IMG/VR virus record: IMGVR_UViG_3300037424_001372 | Coordinates: 1-64,000 of that record | Length of the DNA: 64,000 bases | Origin: a virus | Lineage: Duplodnaviria; Heunggongvirae; Uroviricota; Caudoviricetes | Direction: 5' to 3' (one strand) | Shown: one piece after another, positions 40,477 to 51,035 of the stretch | Position numbering within the stretch: position 1 is the first letter of the stretch | Layout: each line of letters begins with the position of its first letter | Translations under genes and position numbers: made by a program | The notes under the pieces: generated by a model | Databases searched by the model: none | What the model was told of the DNA's origin: nothing | The model's input: the letters and a program-made list of their open reading frames with translations, nothing else

Positions 40477-42357
40477 TTATCTATAAATTATTCTTCCTCC
40501 TTTAGAAACCTTAATATTCTTATTAAGATCATTCCTACTTTCAATAATTGCATTATGCAATATTTCTGATGAATTTAATGCTTTATCATATAGTCTAAGT
40601 TTTTGAATTCCTCCAATAAAATTAGAATCAAAATTTTGTTCAATCAATAAACCAGATTTACTTTCGTCCCGAACTAAAATATCTGATGCAACATATTCAA
40701 AATCTTTAACATAAATAGTACCTCCACTAATAAGTTCATCATCAGTTTCAATCAATAATCCCAAAAATACGTAATTTTGACCAGAATTATCAGGCGTTCT
40801 AAATATATTATTTAATGTAATCCAATTTTGTTCACCAGTCAATATTGAACCAGTTAACAGATAATTATATTCAATATCGTTAACTATGTTAATATCAACA
40901 TCGTCCGAATAAACAATAAGACAGATTTCATTATTTGTTTCAGAATTAAATAAACCATCCACATATATTGAAGTACTGCCAGTATAATCTCTATTACTTA
41001 TCACTGAAATTGGTTGATTAAATTTAATAAAAAATGAATTTCCTGTTGTTCCAGTATATTCAATACTCATAACAGTTAAAGGTATTTCAACATCAGGATT
41101 ACAATTATTATTAGTATGAAATTTAGTATCATTAACACTTAATAACAAACCATCAATAGTAGTATCACCAGTTAATGGTATGTAACAATCTGTTGGAATT
41201 GGATTAACATTGACAGAAAAATAATTGTTAACATATAAATCATCTTGACCATTATAAATAACATATGTTTGATAATCATAGTGATAAGAATGTTTTAAAC
41301 CAAAACTACCACCGCCCCAGCTAATTGAAAACGGTTCACCGATTTGTTTTTCTCTATCATTATTAAATAATTTAAAATAAAATTCTGGAAATTCTTTTAC
41401 CATCCAAACTGCTCTACCATTAACATAGAATATTAATTTACCTGTTCTACGTTCAGCACATTCTAATAATGATTTATCTGATATAATTTCATCAGGGGTA
41501 TATGTAATATTGATGAGAGTCCAACCAGTTAAAGGTATTACATTTATTGATGAACAATTGGTTATTATAATGCCGTTATCATCGATATATTTATAACCAA
41601 TTTTTTTATCTTCAGTAATTTCAAAAGCAATTACATTATTTTTTATATTGGTAATTGGTGTTGCTTCTTTATATTGAGTTTTATACATGTTTGATTCAGG
41701 AGAACTAAATCCTAAATTTAATGATTCATAAGCCTCTAAAGCATTTAAATAATTATTTTCGCTAGTGTCAACACCACCAGAAATTTCATTATTGATAATA
41801 AATGTTTCACCACTAAAATATGTATTATACTTATCTTCAGAACGAGCACCCATCATATAAAATATACCTTGTGATTCAGGAACTAAGTTTATAAGAGTTT
41901 CGATAGTAATACCATTATTATATCTCGAAGGAAATAATTCATAATCATATTTATCGAGTTTAAAAAATCCTTGTAAATATCCACCATTTAAATCAAAATA
42001 ATTACCAGTATTACCCGTAGTTACAGCAGACATTGATAAATATTCTGTAGTGGCAGTTACGCCACTATAATCATAAATTGTTGGGTTAATAACATTATTA
42101 TATCCAATTCGATACATTGAAAATAAATTATCTTTTGGGGTCAATGTAATTCCACTCCACATAATATTAGTCCTACCATTATCAAATTCAGTTAAACCAA
42201 AATCATGTAAATTAATATTGTCTGTAATAGCTCCCGACCATTTAGTTAAACTTAACGCTGTTAAACCAGTATTTAAATCCCATGATTTTAAATTTGTTAG
42301 GTCGATCTGTATTGCTAAATTTTGTGTGATAATATCATTTAAACATTCTAAACTCAT
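40477..42357 (-). CDS. virion structural protein with LamG/concanavalin-like elements
   Basis: LIFYVNG..; FIGGIQKLRLYDKALNSSEILHN. Confidence 0.65.
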   Translation of the reverse strand: MSLECLNDIITQNLAIQIDLTNLKSWDLNTGLTALSLTKWSGAITDNINLHDFGLTEFDNGRTNIMWSGITLTPKDNLFSMYRIGYNNVINPTIYDYSGVTATTEYLSMSAVTTGNTGNYFDLNGGYLQGFFKLDKYDYELFPSRYNNGITIETLINLVPESQGIFYMMGARSEDKYNTYFSGETFIINNEISGGVDTSENNYLNALEAYESLNLGFSSPESNMYKTQYKEATPITNIKNNVIAFEITEDKKIGYKYIDDNGIIITNCSSINVIPLTGWTLINITYTPDEIISDKSLLECAERRTGKLIFYVNGRAVWMVKEFPEFYFKLFNNDREKQIGEPFSISWGGGSFGLKHSYHYDYQTYVIYNGQDDLYVNNYFSVNVNPIPTDCYIPLTGDTTIDGLLLSVNDTKFHTNNNCNPDVEIPLTVMSIEYTGTTGNSFFIKFNQPISVISNRDYTGSTSIYVDGLFNSETNNEICLIVYSDDVDINIVNDIEYNYLLTGSILTGEQNWITLNNIFRTPDNSGQNYVFLGLLIETDDELISGGTIYVKDFEYVASDILVRDESKSGLLIEQNFDSNFIGGIQKLRLYDKALNSSEILHNAIIESRNDLNKNIKVSKGGRIIYR

Positions 42358-42429
42358 TTTATATAAGAATTTAATAATAAATACTAAAGCTAAATAAATA
42401 TCATTTAGTATTTATGTGAAAATTAAATT

Positions 42430-42789
42430 ATGAAAACAAATAGTAAACAAAGACTTTTTGAAGTTATGGGTAGATTAGATAAAACATTTAAAACAAAATT
42501 AAATGAAGAATTTGAATCAGAAGTAGAAGAAATTGAAACAACTAATGATGCTATGATAACTCCTGAAGCAAATGAACCTAAAGAACTTAGTACTGATGAA
42601 AAACTTGCGGCATTAACTGCAAAAATTGATAGTTTATATGCTATGGTTCATGGTGATGAAAATGGTGAAGAAGAAGCAGAAGAAAAAGAAGAAAATATTG
42701 AAGGAGAATCTTCTGAAGATGAAATTGAAATTTCTGAAGTAAAGAAACCAAAAATTCCTGTTGCAAATATTGCTAAAGTCGGAAAATAA
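42430..42789 (+). CDS. acidic late protein (probable head-internal)
   Basis: GTATTTAT at 42408; LNEE motif. Confidence 0.65.
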   Translation: MKTNSKQRLFEVMGRLDKTFKTKLNEEFESEVEEIETTNDAMITPEANEPKELSTDEKLAALTAKIDSLYAMVHGDENGEEEAEEKEENIEGESSEDEIEISEVKKPKIPVANIAKVGK

Positions 42790-43621
42790 TTTTTCAATTA
42801 AACATGATATGAACGAAATTAAGAAAAATCCAAGATATTGGTCAAGTAAATATTGGAGAACACATAATATTTCAGATGTTTTGAAAGAAACTATTGAGCC
42901 GAATAATGTTGATGTATCATCAATTCAATTACATGATACGTTAAATCCTCTTATATGGGAATCAGATGACATAATTAAATCTGATATTAGAAAAATATTA
43001 TTATTAAATGCCAAAAGATTTATTGAATTTTCTGGTGTTGGGAATTTAAAGTTCAAAGATGTTATTTTAACTGGTAGTCTTGCTAATTATAATTATAATG
43101 AAAATTCTGATTTAGATGTTCATATTATTCTTGATTTCAATCAAATATCAAGCAATAAAGATTTCATAGGCGATTATTTTAAATTAAAAAAACAATTGTG
43201 GTCGGAAGAATTACCGATACAAGTTAAAGGATATGATGTTGAAACATATTTTCAAGATAGTTCTGAGCCACATCATTCATCAGGGACTTATTCGTTAGTA
43301 AAAAATGAATGGTTGAAAAAACCAACAAAAAAAATCATTAATATCAATACAGCAAATATTCAATTAAAATCTGCTGACATTATGAATACCATCGATGATT
43401 TAGAATCAAATCAAAACGAAAAAAACTTCTTGAGAAAACATGATGAATTAAAGAAAAAAATAAAAAAATATAGACAATCTGGCTTAGATAAAAATGGCGA
43501 ATTTTCTGTAGAAAATTTAGTATTTAAAGTTCTTCGAAATACTGGTTATTTAGAGAAAATGGTAAAAATGAAAAATAATTATTTAAGCAAAGAACTAAGT
43601 CTCAATGAGTTCATTAATTAG
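42761..43621 (+). CDS. Pol-beta-superfamily nucleotidyltransferase
   Basis: LTGSLANYNYNENSDLDVH; GEFSVENLVFKVLR; true start probably about 42805-42809. Confidence 0.8.
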   Translation: MQILLKSENNFSIKHDMNEIKKNPRYWSSKYWRTHNISDVLKETIEPNNVDVSSIQLHDTLNPLIWESDDIIKSDIRKILLLNAKRFIEFSGVGNLKFKDVILTGSLANYNYNENSDLDVHIILDFNQISSNKDFIGDYFKLKKQLWSEELPIQVKGYDVETYFQDSSEPHHSSGTYSLVKNEWLKKPTKKIININTANIQLKSADIMNTIDDLESNQNEKNFLRKHDELKKKIKKYRQSGLDKNGEFSVENLVFKVLRNTGYLEKMVKMKNNYLSKELSLNEFIN

Positions 43622-43624
43622 GTT

Positions 43625-43876
43625 ATGAAAAAAACATTTATTGTTCGAAAAAAACAACTAAAAGAATATCTCGAAAGAAAAAAATCAGATAAAATCTTTT
43701 ATAATATAATGGAATCTTTACATTATAATATAAAATTTCTTAATGAAAATGTGTCTCATTTAAATGCAAATCAATCTGTAATAGATGATTATAAAAGAAA
43801 AAATCTAATAACCCCAATTGTTTATAAAATGCTGATAAGAAATAAAATCATTGATGAAAATTATGAAATTATTTAA
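43625..43876 (+). CDS. hypothetical late protein
   Basis: ORF track. Confidence 0.55.
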   Translation: MKKTFIVRKKQLKEYLERKKSDKIFYNIMESLHYNIKFLNENVSHLNANQSVIDDYKRKNLITPIVYKMLIRNKIIDENYEII

Positions 43877-43953
43877 GATAATCATTTTTTTAATTAAAAT
43901 TAAGTATTTATAAAAAAATATAAACAAATAATTCGGAATAAAAATATCTTGAA

Positions 43954-46539
43954 ATGAAAAAAAACATATCGGAAGAAGCACTATATGCAAGAATGAGAAA
44001 TCTTGCCAACATTGGTCACGTTTCAATAAAAGAATCTCATACTCGTAATATAGGCACTTTAATAGATTACAAGAGAGCAATTAATGGTGTTGCATATGGT
44101 ATTATTAAGGAAAATCACCACTATTATATTAAAAAGGGTGGTATAAATGAAAGTTTATCTGCAGCAGATTTTACTTATATTGGTGGTTTATCAAATATCA
44201 CAGAATATCAATATAGTAAATTATCTGAAGCAGAAAAACAACTTCCATTAGTATTACAAACAATTTCAGAAGGTTATGCGACTAAAATATCTAAAAACGG
44301 TGGTAAATTAAATGAAGATGCCGCTGGTGAAGAAATTGATATGGCTACCGATAAATTATCTGATTTAGATACTGCTACCGATGCAGCAAACGCATCAACA
44401 ATAGAACCTGAAGGTGATGATGAAATGAATGCTGGTCTCGATGCCATGCCTACGGATGATACTGCTCCCGAAGAGGATATCGATTTACCTGTTGGTGATG
44501 AAGAAATTAGTGTTGATAATGAAGAAGCTCCTGAAGGCGATGTTAATTTACCTGATGATAATCAAGAGAGTGATGTAAATAAAGAAATTGAAAAAAATTT
44601 AGGTAAATTAACAAACACTTTAAGAAAAACAGAATTAACCGATTCACAAACAAAATCATATGTAAACACATTTCTTTCGGCATTTAAAGATAAATTTCCT
44701 GATATTGAGATTGAGGATAGAAAGAAAATGGCTGAAAAAATTACTAAAGTAGTACCACCAGAAGATATTGAAGATTTAGGTACTAATGTTGAAGATACTG
44801 AAAGTACTCCAGTAGAAGAAGGCGAATGTTCAGAATGTGGTGGTTTTGCACAATATGCTGAATCTCGTGGATATAATGGTCAATCAATTCAAGAATGTGA
44901 TGATGAAGAAATGACTAATTTAATTAGTGGTTATGCCAATTCTAAAGAAGATGATGATAATGAAATTGGTGAACATGATTTTAAAGCTATTGCATTATTC
45001 ATAACACCAGAAATCATCGAAAAATTAAAAGGTGATTATGGTCACGATGATTTAGCAAATAATGTACAACCTTTTTCAACAGAAATGAATGAAGAAGATA
45101 AAAGTATGCAAATTGCCGAACTTTTTGGTGGATTGAAGAATGCCTTTAATAAAGTTGGTAGTGATGTTAAAAATGTTGCTCAAAAAGGTGCGCAAGCAGT
45201 TAATCAATATGCACAAGGAGTTAAACAATCATATCATGCCGGTGAAGTTCCTGCTGAAGTTAAAAAACTTGAAGGCATTGCTGCCAATTTGGGCCAACAA
45301 ATTAACTCATTGAATCAAAGATTACAAAAAGCTGGTAAACAACCAGTTAATACTAGTAGTATTTTAACAACAATAAAAAATCAGATTGTCGCAGGTAAAA
45401 CCGCAAATATTGGTAAATATGCTAATGAGGGTGAAATGCCAATTGATAACACTCAAGTTCAATCGGTGGAAGAAGATGTTAATATCGATTCATTTAATGT
45501 TGATGACGAAGAAGGTAGTACTGAAGAGACGCCTAATATTTCAGGAGGTTTTCAATCATTAGGTGGTGGGGTTGTTAAACCTGATGGTGCTCAAACAACA
45601 ACTGTTGAAGTAACTAAAGGTGCTGTTAATGTAACAATGAATGAAAGTGAAATTAAACTTAGAAAATACATTCACAATAGACTTAAAGAACATGCTGGTA
45701 TTAGAAAACCAAGTTTAAACGAGGTCGCAAAATCAAGCACATTAAAAAAACTTGATAAAATGATTGATGAACAATTTAAGAATCATAAACCTAATGTTGA
45801 TGAAGGTTTAGGTGATTTTTTAGGTAAGGTTGGTAGAAATATTGGTTCAACTATGGGTATTGATGCAGCAATTCAACCCAAAATAAAAGCAGATTTACCG
45901 AAATATATTCAAAGTAATGATTTAAATGGAATCGATAAATTGTTTAAGACGGCATTTCCTTCAATAAGCGGTGCCGTGAAACAAAGGATACCAAATATGA
46001 GCGTAAATCAAAAAGCTAATTTATTGAATCAAGCAGCAAACGACCCAGATGGCATTGGTAATGTTGGAATTAAGCGAAGTGAGGTTGGTTTTGAGCCCAT
46101 ATATATTCCAGCAAATAAAGCAGGATTATCTGCTGGTTATCAAGTAGCTGAACAGTTTCCTAAAGTAGATGAAGGTTTAGGTGATATGATTAATAAGATG
46201 GGTAGAAATATTGGTTCTAGTATGGGTCTTGATGTCGCCATTCAACCCAAAATAAAAGCAGATTTACCGAAATATGTTCAAAATAATGATTTAAACGGAA
46301 TCGATAAATTGTTTAAAACAGCATTCCCTTCAATAAGTGGCGGTGTGAAACAAAGAATTGCAAATATAAGTGGAAGTCAAAAAGTTGGTTTATTAAATCA
46401 AGCAGCAAATGATCCCGATGGTATTGGTAATGTTGGAGTTAAACGAAGCGAGGTTGGTTTTGAGCCAACATATATTCCGGCAAATAAAGCAGGATTATCT
46501 GCTGGTTATCAAGTAGCTGAACGAAAAAATAATGTATAA
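43954..46539 (+). CDS. large acidic head-associated protein with C-terminal tandem duplication
   Basis: GTATTTATA upstream; many (L/V/M)NE and VEE motifs. Confidence 0.7.
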   Translation: MKKNISEEALYARMRNLANIGHVSIKESHTRNIGTLIDYKRAINGVAYGIIKENHHYYIKKGGINESLSAADFTYIGGLSNITEYQYSKLSEAEKQLPLVLQTISEGYATKISKNGGKLNEDAAGEEIDMATDKLSDLDTATDAANASTIEPEGDDEMNAGLDAMPTDDTAPEEDIDLPVGDEEISVDNEEAPEGDVNLPDDNQESDVNKEIEKNLGKLTNTLRKTELTDSQTKSYVNTFLSAFKDKFPDIEIEDRKKMAEKITKVVPPEDIEDLGTNVEDTESTPVEEGECSECGGFAQYAESRGYNGQSIQECDDEEMTNLISGYANSKEDDDNEIGEHDFKAIALFITPEIIEKLKGDYGHDDLANNVQPFSTEMNEEDKSMQIAELFGGLKNAFNKVGSDVKNVAQKGAQAVNQYAQGVKQSYHAGEVPAEVKKLEGIAANLGQQINSLNQRLQKAGKQPVNTSSILTTIKNQIVAGKTANIGKYANEGEMPIDNTQVQSVEEDVNIDSFNVDDEEGSTEETPNISGGFQSLGGGVVKPDGAQTTTVEVTKGAVNVTMNESEIKLRKYIHNRLKEHAGIRKPSLNEVAKSSTLKKLDKMIDEQFKNHKPNVDEGLGDFLGKVGRNIGSTMGIDAAIQPKIKADLPKYIQSNDLNGIDKLFKTAFPSISGAVKQRIPNMSVNQKANLLNQAANDPDGIGNVGIKRSEVGFEPIYIPANKAGLSAGYQVAEQFPKVDEGLGDMINKMGRNIGSSMGLDVAIQPKIKADLPKYVQNNDLNGIDKLFKTAFPSISGGVKQRIANISGSQKVGLLNQAANDPDGIGNVGVKRSEVGFEPTYIPANKAGLSAGYQVAERKNNV
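45796..46521 (+). repeat. 369-bp (123-aa) tandem duplication
   Basis: VDEGLGD..AGLSAGYQVAE at 45796-46152 and 46165-46521. Confidence 0.9.
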
Positions 46540-46551
46540 TAAATGACAATA

Positions 46552-46580
46552 AAAAAACCTGAAGGAATTCAGGTTTTTTT
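46552..46580 (+). terminator. intrinsic terminator
   Basis: aaaaaacctgaa-ggaa-ttcaggttttttt. Confidence 0.8.
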
Positions 46581-46635
46581 ATATTGTAACTAATTTTAAA
46601 ATTTTTCGTATTATCAATGAACAAACATTGATTTT

Positions 46636-47031
46636 ATGAAGAAGTATAATAAAATATTTGATGGTTATAAATTATTTTATAACCCAAAACTAAGTAAAGA
46701 GTTTAAGAGAATTTCAACATTAGATGAATATTTTTCAGATTTAAATAAGACTCGAAATAAATGTGTTATTGAATATAATGATAAAATTCATGTCACATTA
46801 AGCAGGAAATTAATTTCAGAAAAAATTTCAATTATTCTATTATTATTCTCATTACTTTTATTTCAATATAATCAAACATCATTCACAATATTAATAATAA
46901 CATCATTAATATCGATATTATTATCATTCCACTGGAATAATTCATTAAAATTATACATTAAATCGTTTAATATGTGTATAACGATCATCAATATGGATAT
47001 TGAAGAATATGGACAAAAAAACTTCAAATAA
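46636..47031 (+). CDS. two-TM membrane protein
   Basis: ECF-type promoter at 46586-46610. Confidence 0.55.
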   Translation: MKKYNKIFDGYKLFYNPKLSKEFKRISTLDEYFSDLNKTRNKCVIEYNDKIHVTLSRKLISEKISIILLLFSLLLFQYNQTSFTILIITSLISILLSFHWNNSLKLYIKSFNMCITIINMDIEEYGQKNFK

Positions 47032-47065
47032 CAATATTTTCAAGTATTTATTATAAACTATAATT

Positions 47066-47542
47066 ATGTCTTACGATGAAAAGAAATTAAAATTAATCTA
47101 TGTTTTAAAAATAGGTTATAACACTAAAGACGAAGGATTATATGAATTTATTTTTTCATTAGACCATACTAATATTGATGTAGAAGGATGGTGTTGGGAT
47201 TTATCTCCGGCATGTGATAACGCATTGCCTCCAACAAAAGATTATTATAATACCATAATTAATTTAAAAACAAGCTCATTTGACTTGTTTTGTTTACATG
47301 AAGCGGTTGATAGAGAATATATGCATGGTTACCACACAATACATGCATTGGCTTTTGAAACTGAAAGGAATTCGGGAAATAATGGTTTTAATGATTATGA
47401 TAAAATGTTTGGTGATGAAGATAAACCATTATTGGTATTTCATTATGGAATGTCATTAGAAAAAATTAGAGAAATGTTAAATGATAGAAATATTATTTTA
47501 AAAAATAATGAATTTATTGAAGCATCTTCGGTTGAATTTTAA
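47066..47542 (+). CDS. conserved late hypothetical protein upstream of terminase
   Basis: GTATTTAT at 47044. Confidence 0.7.
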   Translation: MSYDEKKLKLIYVLKIGYNTKDEGLYEFIFSLDHTNIDVEGWCWDLSPACDNALPPTKDYYNTIINLKTSSFDLFCLHEAVDREYMHGYHTIHALAFETERNSGNNGFNDYDKMFGDEDKPLLVFHYGMSLEKIREMLNDRNIILKNNEFIEASSVEF

Positions 47543-47718
47543 TAAAAAGTTGATTGTCATGAGGTAAAACTGTTAAGAAAACGTAGTGATGCGTTTTCAG
47601 CACTTAAGGTTCATCTTACCGTTCGGAAGAAGGAAATCGAAGCACGCAACGTCTGGAAATGTTGTGTGCTTTGCTATTTTAATATTATTATAAGTATTTA
47701 TGAAAAAAAATACTTATA

Positions 47719-50661
47719 ATGAGCGATGAATTTGATTTAGAATTAGATAATACATCAAAAGAAAAGGGATTTGATATAAATCCTAATTTGAATGATGAGA
47801 GTGATAAATTTCCAGACCACGTTCCTTTAGTTCCAATAGATACGCAAAGAGAAAAAGAAAAAGAAGAAACTCGTAAATTAGCAAAAAAACTTCGCAATAA
47901 AAGTGGTAATGCTGAACCTATTATTATTACTAAGGCAGGTGTAATAAAAAAAGCTAGTGAATTAACTGTATTTGAACAAGAAGATGAAATTGTTCAATGT
48001 GTTACAGACCCAATATATTTTATTGAGACTTATTTAACAATATTTGACCAAACTCAAGGTATTGCCGGTATGATAGTGCCTTTTAAGCTATTTGATTATC
48101 AAAAAGATTTAATAAGAACATATTTAGATGAAAGATTTGTTGTGGCCAACAAATATCGTCAGGCAGGTATTTCAACCACCACATGTGCATATATCGCTTG
48201 GTATGTAATGTTTAACAAAAACAGACAAGTTGCAATTGTAGCAGATAAACTTGAAACTGCTATGGGTGAGTTAATGTCGGATGTTGTTGATTTTATTGAA
48301 AGTTGTCCCAAATGGTTAAAACCTAAAACAGGTAAAGCAAGTGAAAAGAATTTAAAAGATACTCAAAAACTAAAAATCTACGATAATGAATCTAAATTAG
48401 GTGCATTTGCATCAAAATCATTACGTGGTTATACACCTACGTTATTATTTTGGGATGAGACAGCTTGGGCTGAAAAAGGAGATAAATTCTGGACAGCAGC
48501 ATTACCCTCTCTAGTAACTGGAGGTAGGGCAATTATGGTTTCTTGTGTTACTAAAGATACTTACATATATACTAATAAAGGCATTAAACAAATTAAAGAT
48601 TTTATTCCAAATGAAGCATTGGGTGCATATATAATCGATGAATATGAAATATTGGGTAAAGATAAATTAAGGAAAGGAACGTTATTTTTTAATAATGGTT
48701 ATGTCGATACATTGAAAATTAAAACAACTTTTTCTGAGTTGGAATCTAGTTATAACCATAAATATTGGGCATATAAAACAAGCGAAAACAAATATGGTAT
48801 ATATAAAACAAATGAACTGGAAGTTGGTGATTATATATCAATACAATATGGGATGAATATTTGGGGTAATAATGATAGTTGTTCGGATTTTAAACCTACG
48901 ATAACACATCATAATAGAAATATTTTTAACACAACAAAAATAACCAAAGATATTGCATATCTTATCGGTTTATATATTTCAGAAGGTTCTGCAATAAAAA
49001 AAAGTAAAAAAAATTATGATTATTATGGTATTACAATTACATGTGGTGACAATATTTCAGGAATATTGAATGCCTTAAATCTTAATTATTCTTGTACAGA
49101 TTCATTACATTATGTAATATCATCATTAAACTTAGTAGAATATTTAAAATATTTGGGATTTGATTTATCAAAAAAAGCACCACAAAAAATAATACCGCCA
49201 AGATTATTCGAAATGAGCCGAGACAATATTATTGCAATGATTCAAGGCATAATGGATGGTGATGGTTGGGTTAGTTATAAAAAAACAAATAAATTATCCG
49301 TTGGCATTGGGCTATCATCAAAAGAACTAATTCAACAATTAAGGATATTATTTGGAAATTTTGGAATATTGACTTATTATAACGAATCATTAACATCACC
49401 AACAAAAATAGTTAATGTTAGTTCTAATAAATATACTATTGAAGCATCGAATTCATATGCATTAAAATATTTTGATGAAATCGGTTTTAGGTTCAATAGA
49501 AAACAGATAAAAAAAGATTTATTTAATATTAATAAATTAAAACATTTGGGTGTTGTCGATAATATACCAAATGGGAAAGAAATCGCATATAAAATTTATA
49601 ATGAAATAAAAAAATATGGTAAATTACAAGAATTAAAAACACATGATATAAAAATTGATGGCTGGATCAGTAGAAAAAAACAAAAATCTAATTCATGTTC
49701 AAGAAAAATGTTATTAAATTTTTTTAATTTAGAAAAAAATAATTTATCGAATAATATACTAAACGAAATAAATCCAATATTATCTAATAATCAATATTGG
49801 ACAAAAATTAAATTAATTGAACGATCTAAGAATTATACATATGATTTTTCATTACCAAATGAACCTGAAGAACCAAATGATTTTCATCATTCTGTAATAT
49901 ATAATCAAATAATTGGCTACCAAACACCATCAGGTCTTGATGCTGTATTCTACAAAACATTTGATGGAGCAAAAAATAAAAAAAATGAAAATAATTTCTA
50001 TGCGGTTGAACTTTGGTGGTATAATGATCCTCGATATAATAAAAATCTATACTGGGTAAAAAACAAAAATAGGGAAAATGAAATTAGAATCGAGGATAAT
50101 GGTCGAACTAAGGAACAACGAATGCAATTGGTTGAAGATGGGTGGGTAGCATCAAATGAATGGTTCGAATCACAAATTAGAAACGCAAATGGTGATATGC
50201 GTAAGGTTGCACAAGAATTATTGTGTGTTTATGGTGATGCATTGTTGACTATAAGAAATAAATCTACAATGAAAATTGAATTTATTTCTATTAGAGATTT
50301 ATATAATAAATTAAAAGAACAAAATAATTCTTCAAAGTTTTTATATGAAAATAAATCAATAAATAAAATGAAATTATTAAATAAAATACTTGCAATTAAT
50401 ATTGAAAAATATAAAACTAGTAGGGCAACATCTATATTTAAAAAAGACTATCCTGAATTAATTAAATTAGTTAATCATCACACCATTGATATGCAGATTT
50501 GTCGGTCAAATAAGATAATGTATGCAAAATTATTGTTTTTAAAAAAATATTATGGTAATATTAACAACATTATTATTAATAATAATGTTATGATATTTAA
50601 TAATAAGACTAGTGATTTTATTGAAAAAGCAAGTAATGCAACAAAAAACATCAATATTTAA
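47719..50661 (+). CDS. terL: terminase large subunit, N-terminal gene (ATPase; contiguous intein plus split-intein N fragment)
   Basis: DPIYFIETY, FKLFDYQ, KYRQAGIST, LFWDETAW, S|TPSG, QELL|CVYGD. Confidence 0.92.
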   Translation: MSDEFDLELDNTSKEKGFDINPNLNDESDKFPDHVPLVPIDTQREKEKEETRKLAKKLRNKSGNAEPIIITKAGVIKKASELTVFEQEDEIVQCVTDPIYFIETYLTIFDQTQGIAGMIVPFKLFDYQKDLIRTYLDERFVVANKYRQAGISTTTCAYIAWYVMFNKNRQVAIVADKLETAMGELMSDVVDFIESCPKWLKPKTGKASEKNLKDTQKLKIYDNESKLGAFASKSLRGYTPTLLFWDETAWAEKGDKFWTAALPSLVTGGRAIMVSCVTKDTYIYTNKGIKQIKDFIPNEALGAYIIDEYEILGKDKLRKGTLFFNNGYVDTLKIKTTFSELESSYNHKYWAYKTSENKYGIYKTNELEVGDYISIQYGMNIWGNNDSCSDFKPTITHHNRNIFNTTKITKDIAYLIGLYISEGSAIKKSKKNYDYYGITITCGDNISGILNALNLNYSCTDSLHYVISSLNLVEYLKYLGFDLSKKAPQKIIPPRLFEMSRDNIIAMIQGIMDGDGWVSYKKTNKLSVGIGLSSKELIQQLRILFGNFGILTYYNESLTSPTKIVNVSSNKYTIEASNSYALKYFDEIGFRFNRKQIKKDLFNINKLKHLGVVDNIPNGKEIAYKIYNEIKKYGKLQELKTHDIKIDGWISRKKQKSNSCSRKMLLNFFNLEKNNLSNNILNEINPILSNNQYWTKIKLIERSKNYTYDFSLPNEPEEPNDFHHSVIYNQIIGYQTPSGLDAVFYKTFDGAKNKKNENNFYAVELWWYNDPRYNKNLYWVKNKNRENEIRIEDNGRTKEQRMQLVEDGWVASNEWFESQIRNANGDMRKVAQELLCVYGDALLTIRNKSTMKIEFISIRDLYNKLKEQNNSSKFLYENKSINKMKLLNKILAINIEKYKTSRATSIFKKDYPELIKLVNHHTIDMQICRSNKIMYAKLLFLKKYYGNINNIIINNNVMIFNNKTSDFIEKASNATKNINI
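48544..49923 (+). mobile_element. LAGLIDADG intein (460 aa) ending Tyr-Gln before Thr
   Basis: CVTKDTYI..IGLYISEG..IQGIMDGDG..YNQIIGYQ|T. Confidence 0.85.
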
Positions 50662-51035
50662 TCGAAATAAAAAATCAAATAATATAATTTAAAATATGTT
50701 AAATTTTTATAATGTACATAAATACTGAATATGAAATCTTAAATTCGTCAGGTAATTTTGTTGATTTTGCCGGAATAAGTATGTCTGAAAATAATGTCGG
50801 TTATAAAATAACTCTTGAGAATGGTGATACTATTACCGTAAGTGAAAATCACATATTCATTGCAGGTAATATAAATGTTTTTGTTAAATCAATAATACCC
50901 AATGTGTCATATTTAACAACAATTGATGGAGATTTTTTTGTAACAAATGTTACTAAAATCGATAATTGTGATTTTTATGATATTGTTGATAGTGAAAATG
51001 CAGAATATTTTGCAAATAATATATTAAATCATAAT
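50224..51035 (+). mobile_element. naturally (atypically) split intein: IntN 50224-50661, IntC 50712-51035
   Basis: CVYGDALLTIR..IRDLYNKL // MYINTEYEILNSSG..SENH..FYDI..YFANNILNHN|C. Confidence 0.85.

Noticed and set aside
50661-50712. Sequencing frameshift in terminase
   Set aside because: Stops in both frames (50659 and 50700), an independent ATG, and a break at a known atypical split position.
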